Shown here: in pieces, positions 57,761-64,000 of the stretch
Layout: every line of letters starts with the position of its first letter
How positions within the stretch are numbered: position 1 is the stretch's first letter
DNA from: an uncultured delta proteobacterium
Lineage (GTDB): Bacteria; Desulfobacterota; Binatia; Binatales; Binataceae
Length of the DNA stretch: 64,000 bases
NCBI GenBank assembly: GCA_963808235.1
Contig: CAWEEQ010000004.1
Location: 992,001-1,056,000 of the forward strand
Direction: 5' to 3'
Position numbers and translations under genes: made by a program
Notes under the pieces: model-generated
The model's database searches: none
Seen by the model: only the letters and a program-made list of their open reading frames with translations
What the model was told of the DNA's origin: nothing

Positions 57761-58903
57761 TCAAACGCTCCGCGCAAGCCGTTTCTGAACGGCGGCGACG
57801 CCGGCGCCAAGCTCGAACTTCGCGCCGATCTTTTGTAGGCCCATCTCGAGTGCGCCGACCGCAATCAGCGTATCGAACGGGCTCAGATAGCCCATGTGCC
57901 CGATGCGCACCAGTTTTCCCTTCATCTGATCCTGGCCGCCCTGCACCGAGACGCCCAAACTATCGCGCAGGTACTTTACCAGTTTGCCGCCATCGAGACC
58001 CTCGGGCACCAAAATTCCGGTGACGCCAGGCGCGGGATTGTCCGGCGACAGCAGCTTCAATCCGAGCGCGAGCGCGGCCTCGCGAGTCGCCTCCGCCATC
58101 GTGGCGTGCCGCGCGTAGACATTCGGCAAAGTCTCGGCATGGATCATTTCGAGCGACTTGTTAAGACCGAAGATCAGCGACACCGCCGCCGTCCATGCGG
58201 TCGTATGTTCATCGCGCTGCGCCTTCAGCTCTTTCAAAAGATCGAAATAGAATCGCGGCGTCTTGCTGGTTTTAGCAGCCTCTAGAGCGCGTGCGGAAAG
58301 CGCGACCATGCCGAGTCCGGGCGGCAGCATGAGTGCTTTCTGACTGCCCGTCACGAACGCGTCGACGCCCCATTCGTCCATCTTCTGCTCGAACACGCCG
58401 ACCGAAGTGATCCCGTCGACGATCAGCATCGCGCCCCGCCTGCGCGTGACCTCGCCGATCGATGCGATCGGATGTATCGCGCAGGTGGAAGTCTCGCTGG
58501 CCTGTACGAGCACTGCGCGTGAATCAGGATAGGCCTTCAGCGCATCGTCGATTTGCTCGGGACGCACCGCACGGCCCCATTCGACTCGCACCTCGTGACC
58601 CGCGATGCCGAACGCCGCGAGCAGCTTGCCCCATCGCTCGCCGAATTTGCCGCCATTGACGAAAATCGCATGCTCACCCGGCTGCAACAGATTGATCACC
58701 GCGGCTTCCATCGCGCCTGTGCCGGTGGACGAAAGCAGGATCACCTCGCTGGCAGTGCCGTAGAGCGGCTTCATCCGTTCGCGAGCTGAATCGAGCGCCG
58801 CGCTGAACTCCGGCGTTCGATGATGAATGATCGGCCGCGCCATCTCGAGTAATACTTCGGGAGGTACCGGCGCTGGACCGGGTGTGAACAAATATTTTTT
58901 CAT
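57761..58903 (-). CDS. Class V aminotransferase (alanine-glyoxylate/serine-pyruvate type)
   Basis: FTPGP, HHRT, GTGAME, ETST, GSQKALMLPPG, RIGHMG. Confidence 0.93.
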   Translation of the reverse strand: MKKYLFTPGPAPVPPEVLLEMARPIIHHRTPEFSAALDSARERMKPLYGTASEVILLSSTGTGAMEAAVINLLQPGEHAIFVNGGKFGERWGKLLAAFGIAGHEVRVEWGRAVRPEQIDDALKAYPDSRAVLVQASETSTCAIHPIASIGEVTRRRGAMLIVDGITSVGVFEQKMDEWGVDAFVTGSQKALMLPPGLGMVALSARALEAAKTSKTPRFYFDLLKELKAQRDEHTTAWTAAVSLIFGLNKSLEMIHAETLPNVYARHATMAEATREAALALGLKLLSPDNPAPGVTGILVPEGLDGGKLVKYLRDSLGVSVQGGQDQMKGKLVRIGHMGYLSPFDTLIAVGALEMGLQKIGAKFELGAGVAAVQKRLARSV

Positions 58904-58960
58904 TTGCGGCACTTGCGATGTTCCGAGCGACGTTGGAGTTTCGGCAGGACAGCCCAAGAG

Positions 58961-59004
58961 CCAGCCAAAAAAAAGGCTGGTGCCCGCGGATGCGGATCGC
59001 CAGT
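58961..59004 (-). terminator. Terminator-like hairpin + T8 in the leader of the aminotransferase-serA-purA operon
   Basis: Minus strand CTGGCGATCCGC-atcc-GCGGGCACCAG-CC-TTTTTTTT, about 60 nt upstream of ATG 58903. Confidence 0.5.
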
Positions 59005-59162
59005 CCCCGATTCGTCCCGGATTTTACCGGGCCCCCGTCCTCACCCCTTGGGATAACGGAGCCGATAAGCAGAGTCAAGGTGACAGCCGCGCGGCGCGAA
59101 TTCGGCTCGGCGTTGTAATGACGCGCGGGCAATTGTTAAAGGTGATCCCGTGATCAACCCCA

Positions 59163-60197
59163 ATGCCGATTGAGTGCGAAATCCGCGACGGTTCCCTGGT
59201 CTGGATCAAGAGCCCGATCAGCGGGGTGATTTCTTACGTCGTCGACGTGCGCGGCAAGAGCTTCGCGTTCACACTCGGCGGTCGCGAGAGTGCCGACTCG
59301 GACGCTCCTCGCCTCGATCCCGAGTCGATTCGGCTCGCGACTTCGACCTGTCCTTTCTGTCCGGGCAACGAAGAGCTGGCGACACGAGAGCTCTTTCGAC
59401 TCACTACTCACGATGTTCCGGAATGGACCGGCAGGAAGAATTCCGATGACGCGCCGTGGGTGGTGCGCGTCTTCAACAACCTGTTCCCGCGTATCCCTGC
59501 CGAGCTGACCGGCAATCGCAACGAGTCGTATATTGTCATCGAGGATCCGCGCCACTTCGTTGAGGCGCCGCGCTCGCACAGTGATCTGATCTTCACCGGC
59601 GCGCTAGGCGAGGGCCATTTCTTTCACCTGATGCAGGCCGACGCGCGCGTGATGGGGCTCGCACTGGAGAATCCCGACGTGTGCTCGGTCGTGATTCGCA
59701 AGAACCAGGGGCGCGAGTCGGGCGCCTCGCAGCCGCATCTGCATCAGCAGATCATTGGCTCGCCGGAACCGTTCCCGGCGATCCTGGCGGAGTCGCGAGC
59801 TGAGCGTGAGAATCCGCATCTATGGCACGAGATTGTTTCGCTGATGGATCGCCTCGGGCTGGTGATCGATCGCGACGACGCGGTAGTCAGCTACGCCAGT
59901 CCGTTCGGTGGATTCCCGCGCAGCTACGACGTGGTGATGCCTGAATATCGGGGACTGCTGTCGGAGTTGACGGCCATCCAGATGCGCGAGTTTGCAAACG
60001 CGCTCTACCGCATCCTCACCGTCCTCGGGCCATTGCCGCTCGACTATGAAGTCCATCAGGGCGAAGGACTCCCGCTGCACGCGCACATCAATGCGCGGCT
60101 CTATCCTTACTCGAACGTGGCCGGAACTTTGAATCTGCCGAGCACGCTGCTGCAAAGTGCCGCCGCGATCCGCAACGCGATGCGCCGGCATTCGTAA
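59163..60197 (+). CDS. GalT-like (HIT superfamily) nucleotidyltransferase
   Basis: CPFCPGNE, W.VRVFNNLFP, KNQG..SGASQPHLHQQI. Confidence 0.8.
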   Translation: MPIECEIRDGSLVWIKSPISGVISYVVDVRGKSFAFTLGGRESADSDAPRLDPESIRLATSTCPFCPGNEELATRELFRLTTHDVPEWTGRKNSDDAPWVVRVFNNLFPRIPAELTGNRNESYIVIEDPRHFVEAPRSHSDLIFTGALGEGHFFHLMQADARVMGLALENPDVCSVVIRKNQGRESGASQPHLHQQIIGSPEPFPAILAESRAERENPHLWHEIVSLMDRLGLVIDRDDAVVSYASPFGGFPRSYDVVMPEYRGLLSELTAIQMREFANALYRILTVLGPLPLDYEVHQGEGLPLHAHINARLYPYSNVAGTLNLPSTLLQSAAAIRNAMRRHS

Positions 60198-60206
60198 AGC
60201 TGCGTT

Positions 60207-60977
60207 CTACTGCGCCTTCCAGACGGGCTTGCGCTTCTCGAGAAACGCGCGCACGCCTTCTTTGGCATCACTGCTCTCGCGCACTGTGCGAGCCATCTTC
60301 AGCATGTCGTCATGCCACGCGTCGAAGGTCTCGCTCATGCATCGGCGCACGGTCGCCTTCATCGCGCGCAGCGAGAGGGGAGCGTTAGCGGCAATTTTCT
60401 CGGCCAGCGCCGTGGTTGCCTCGACGAGTTTCGAGTCGGGGACGACCTCGTGCACGATATTCATGTGAAGGCCGCGCTCCGCATCGAGCAAATCGGCGGT
60501 GTAAAGAATCCATGCGGTGTTGGCCGAGCCGCAGACCTCGATCAATTTGCGAGTGAAGTCGTACGGCACCATCAGGCCGACGCGTCCAAGCGTCATACCG
60601 AGCCGAGCGTTGTCGGAAGCGATTCGAAGATCGCAGTGCAGTGCCAGTTCGAGCCCGCCAGCGAGCGCCGCGCCCTGCACGGCCGCGATAGTCGGCACCG
60701 GGAAACGTTCGAGGCGCCCGAACACCGATTCCAGCGAAGTCGGGTTGTGGCCGGACTCCGCCTCGTCCACTTCCTTCAGATCGATCCCGGCGCAGAAACT
60801 CGAGCCCTCACCGCGCAGGAGCAGCGCGCGGATCTCTTTGTCGTTTTCGAACTTCAGGAGCGCGTCGTTGAGCGCCTCGATCACCGGTTGGTTCAGCGCG
60901 TTACGCTTTTCCGGGCGGTTCAGAGTCAGCACGGCGTAATTCGGATGACGCGTGACTTTGAGGACTTCGTCAGCCAT
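60207..60977 (-). CDS. Enoyl-CoA hydratase/isomerase family protein
   Basis: LNRPEKRNAL, FCAGIDL, AGGLELAL.CD, EGVRAFLEKRKP. Confidence 0.93.
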   Translation of the reverse strand: MADEVLKVTRHPNYAVLTLNRPEKRNALNQPVIEALNDALLKFENDKEIRALLLRGEGSSFCAGIDLKEVDEAESGHNPTSLESVFGRLERFPVPTIAAVQGAALAGGLELALHCDLRIASDNARLGMTLGRVGLMVPYDFTRKLIEVCGSANTAWILYTADLLDAERGLHMNIVHEVVPDSKLVEATTALAEKIAANAPLSLRAMKATVRRCMSETFDAWHDDMLKMARTVRESSDAKEGVRAFLEKRKPVWKAQ

Positions 60978-61064
60978 GTCGTTTGCTCCTTGCGGCAAGC
61001 GCGGAATTTAGCGATTCGCGCCCGCGACGGGGAGCATCGCACGGCACGCTCACGCCCTTCAAGA

Positions 61065-63501
61065 TCAGGCTACGATGCTTAGCATCTTGTTTGGGATGTA
61101 GATTATTTTATGCGGCGTTTTGCCGTCGAGGTGGCGGATAACGGATTCGCTCTTGAGCGCGAGGTCGCGAACGTCCGCTTCCGGAGCGCCTGCCGCAACT
61201 TCAAGGCGATCGCGGACTTTGCCGTTTACTTGCACTACGACGGTTACGGTTTCATCGCGAGCGAGGTTCGCGTCGAACCTTGGCCACTGCTCGAGGTGAA
61301 TGGAATTCTTGTGTCCCAGAGCTTGCCACATTTCTTCGGTGACGTAGGGGGCCATCGGCGCGAGCAGCAGGACCATCGACTCGGCAGCGAAACGTCCCAT
61401 CTCGGCGGGCGTCAGCTTGGCGAGATAGTTCAGATGATCCATCAGCTTCGCAAGGCCGGTGTTGAAGCGCAGCCGTTCGATATGGTCGGTGACGGCTTCG
61501 ATAGTTTTGTGCGTGCGTTTGAGCGTTTCCTGGTTCTGGATTTCCTTCGGGGCATCCGGCTTCGACGTAGCGGCGTATCATAGACCAGACGCGGGTGATG
61601 AAGCGTAAAGTGCCGGGGATGCCGCCCTCGTTCCAGTTCGTTGCCTCGTCGAAGGGGCTCATGTACAGCTCCCAGAGCCGTAGAGCGTCGGCGCCGTACT
61701 TTTCGATCATCGCGTCGGGTGTGACGACATTGCCCTTGCTCTTGGACATCCGCTGGCCGTCGGATGCCCACACCACGCCCTGATTGCGCAGCGCGGGAAA
61801 TGGCTCGTCGAAACTGATGAGCTCCGCGTCGCTCATCACCTTGGTCCACATCCGCGCGTACAGCAGATGCATCACGGCATGCTCTGCGCCACCGACGTAG
61901 AGATCTACCGGCAGCCAGTAGTCAGCAGCGCGACGATCGAAAGGGCGCGCATTTTCGTGCGTCGAAGCGAAGCGCAGGAAATACCACGACGAGCATGCGA
62001 ACCCGTCGAGCGTGTCGGTCTCGCGCTCGGCCGGGCCGTCACATTTCGGACAAGTGGTGTTGACGAACTCGGGCACGTTAGCGAGCGGAGAACGCCCGGT
62101 GCCCGAGGGCAGATAGTCTTTCATCGGCGGAAGCATCACGGGCAGTTGATCTTCCGGCACCGGTACGATTCCGTCGGTCTTGCAGTAAACGATCGGGATG
62201 GGGCATCCCCAATAGCGCTGGCGGGAGATCAGCCAGTCGCGCATCCGGTAGCTAATCGAAGCGCGGCCGATCTTTTTCTGTTCTGCGTGTTTCGCTACCG
62301 CGGCGATCGCCTCAACCGTCGTCATCCCGTTCAGAAAGCCGGAATTGATTGCGACGCCATGCTCTGTGTACGCACGATCAGCCGAGGGAGTGCTGCCGTC
62401 AGGCGGTGCAGTGACGCGAGGAATCTCGAGACCGTACTTGGTTGCGAATTCGAAATCGCGTTGATCTTCGCCAGGCGCCGCCATGATCGCGCCGGTGCCA
62501 TAGCCCATAAGGACGTAGTCGGCGATCCAGATCGGGATGTCCTTCCCGGTGAAGACGTTGTGCGCGTATGCGCCGGTGAAGACGCCGGATTTTTCCTTCA
62601 CTGTCGACATGCGCTCGATCTCGGTCTGGCGGCGCGCGTCGGCGACGTAGGCCTCGACGCTGGCGCGCGCATCGGGTGTGGCGATTTCCGCGACCAGCGG
62701 ATGCTCGGGTGCCAGCACCATGAACGATACACCGAACACGGTGTCGGGACGGGTGGTGAAGAAGCGGACTTCCTTGCCAGCGTGGCCGACGACCGGGAAG
62801 CCAAGTTCCGCGCCTTCGCTGCGGCCGATCCAGTTACGTTGCATCAACTTGATCGGCTCGGGCCAGTCGATTCCGTCCAGGTCGGCGAGCAGTCGATCCG
62901 CGTATTCAGTGATCTTGATGTACCACTGCTCGAGGTCTTTCTTGCTGACCGGATTGTCGGGATGCCGCCAGCAGCATCCGTTGATGACCTGCTCGTTGGC
63001 GAGAATCGTCTGGCATTTGTCGCACCACCACTGCGCGCCGGTAGCGCGGTAGGCGAGCCCGCGCTTGAAGAGCATCAGGAAGAACCACTGGGTCCAACGG
63101 TAGTACTCCGGCGACGACGAATTGATCTCGCGCGACCAGTCGTAAGCGCATCCGGAAATTGTGAGCTGGCGTTTGAAGTTGGCCGCATAGCGCGGAACGG
63201 TTTCGGTGGGATGCGATTCTTTGAGAATCGCTTCGTTCTCGGCCGGCAGTCCGAACGCATCCCAGCCCATCGGATGCAGTACGTTGAATCCCATCATCCG
63301 TTTGTAGCGGCCGACGACGTCGCACGGCACGTAATTGTGCAGATGGCCGACGCTGAGTCCCGCGCCGGACGGATACGGAAACATCTCGAGGATGTAAAAT
63401 TTGGGGCGGCCGGGATCCTCGCGGGTGAGGTAGAGGTTGGCGCGATCCCATTCCGCCTGCCACGCGGGCTCGATTTTCTTCGGGTCGTAGCGTTCGTCCA
63501 T
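61065..63501 (-). CDS. leuS: Leucine--tRNA ligase, +1 frameshift near 61534
   Basis: MFPYPSG, GWDAFGLPAEN, DWLISRQRYWG, RMSKSKGN; C-terminus (VQVNGKVRD) in the 61065-61442 frame. Confidence 0.96.
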
Positions 63502-63611
63502 CGTCGTCAGACGAGTCTAGCGTGAGGAAAGCGTCGCTCCAACTGCGATGCCAACATCGTGGCCGTCGGCGGATCGCGTCGCCCTCAAGTACGGATCGCT
63601 ATCCGGCGCAG

Positions 63612-63986
63612 CTATTCGACGATCTCTTTCTTGAGACTCTGGACAAACGCGACCACATCGCGTTGTTCCTCCTCGGGCACCCGGAACTTCGCCAACGTCG
63701 CGGCCGCATGACCGAGGAACGCATTCCAATCGCTCTCGCTAATGCGCATACCTCGATGGGTGAGCACCATGTCTCTGCCACGATAGTAGGTGGGTCCGCC
63801 CGCGCTCGCGGAGAGGAAATCGATCAGTAGCTGCTTCTCGCGCATGACGCCGTCCTCCCCGCGATGTGCCCAGAAGCGGCCAAGCTGCGGATCGGTCCGG
63901 AGCCGTGGAAGCAGATCATTCGCCACTGCCGTGATCGCGTCGTACCCGCCAAGGCGCTCGTAAAGGGTCTTCTCGTCTGTGCTCAT
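63612..63986 (-). CDS. Group 1 truncated haemoglobin
   Basis: TLYERLGG, GGP..Y.GRDM...H.GM.I; GGAGG RBS. Confidence 0.92.
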   Translation of the reverse strand: MSTDEKTLYERLGGYDAITAVANDLLPRLRTDPQLGRFWAHRGEDGVMREKQLLIDFLSASAGGPTYYRGRDMVLTHRGMRISESDWNAFLGHAAATLAKFRVPEEEQRDVVAFVQSLKKEIVE

Positions 63987-64000
63987 GATGTCCTCCATGA

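Noticed and set aside
58961-59075. Confident THF or ZTP riboswitch call
   Set aside because: Only partial motif matches, so it is kept as a candidate finding
1-64000. tRNA, rRNA, IS transposase or integrase genes
   Set aside because: None recognised by eye; small RNAs could have been missed without covariance searches

Overview
GC-rich bacterial chromosomal window. Its centrepiece is a Mu-like (transposable-phage-derived) virion gene set in two blocks among host genes. Block 1 (about 4.4-14.4 kb): S24/HTH repressor, small Cys4 ORF, Mor-family activator, GH108 endolysin, spanin/holin-like genes, gp25/gp26-like genes, DUF3486 small terminase, large terminase and DUF935 portal. Block 2 (28.2-42.5 kb): protease/scaffold, decoration protein, gpT capsid, gp36, gp37 and a P2-type contractile tail/baseplate. 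I see no transposase (MuA/MuB), integrase, replication genes or gpF/gpG in the window. An RRM RNA-binding gene sits where the tape-measure gene should begin, and the tape-measure ORF is short and degenerate-looking. The tail-chaperone -1 slippery site and an internal scaffold start are retained. This fits a domesticated, GTA-like particle, but a decaying prophage is not excluded. A 13.5-kb insert (methyltransferase, membrane proteins, Flp pilin, two giant beta-propeller surface proteins) separates the blocks and is bounded by inverted copies of a REP-like repeat. The rest is host DNA: LLM oxidoreductase, hydrolase, carboxyltransferase, GST, DoxX, murF, purE, arn-like LPS modification genes, hicBA, purA, serA, aminotransferase, GalT-like gene, enoyl-CoA hydratase, leuS and truncated globin. 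Three single-base frameshifts (repressor, epimerase, leuS) look like sequencing errors. All calls are from motif recognition by eye; no database search was run.
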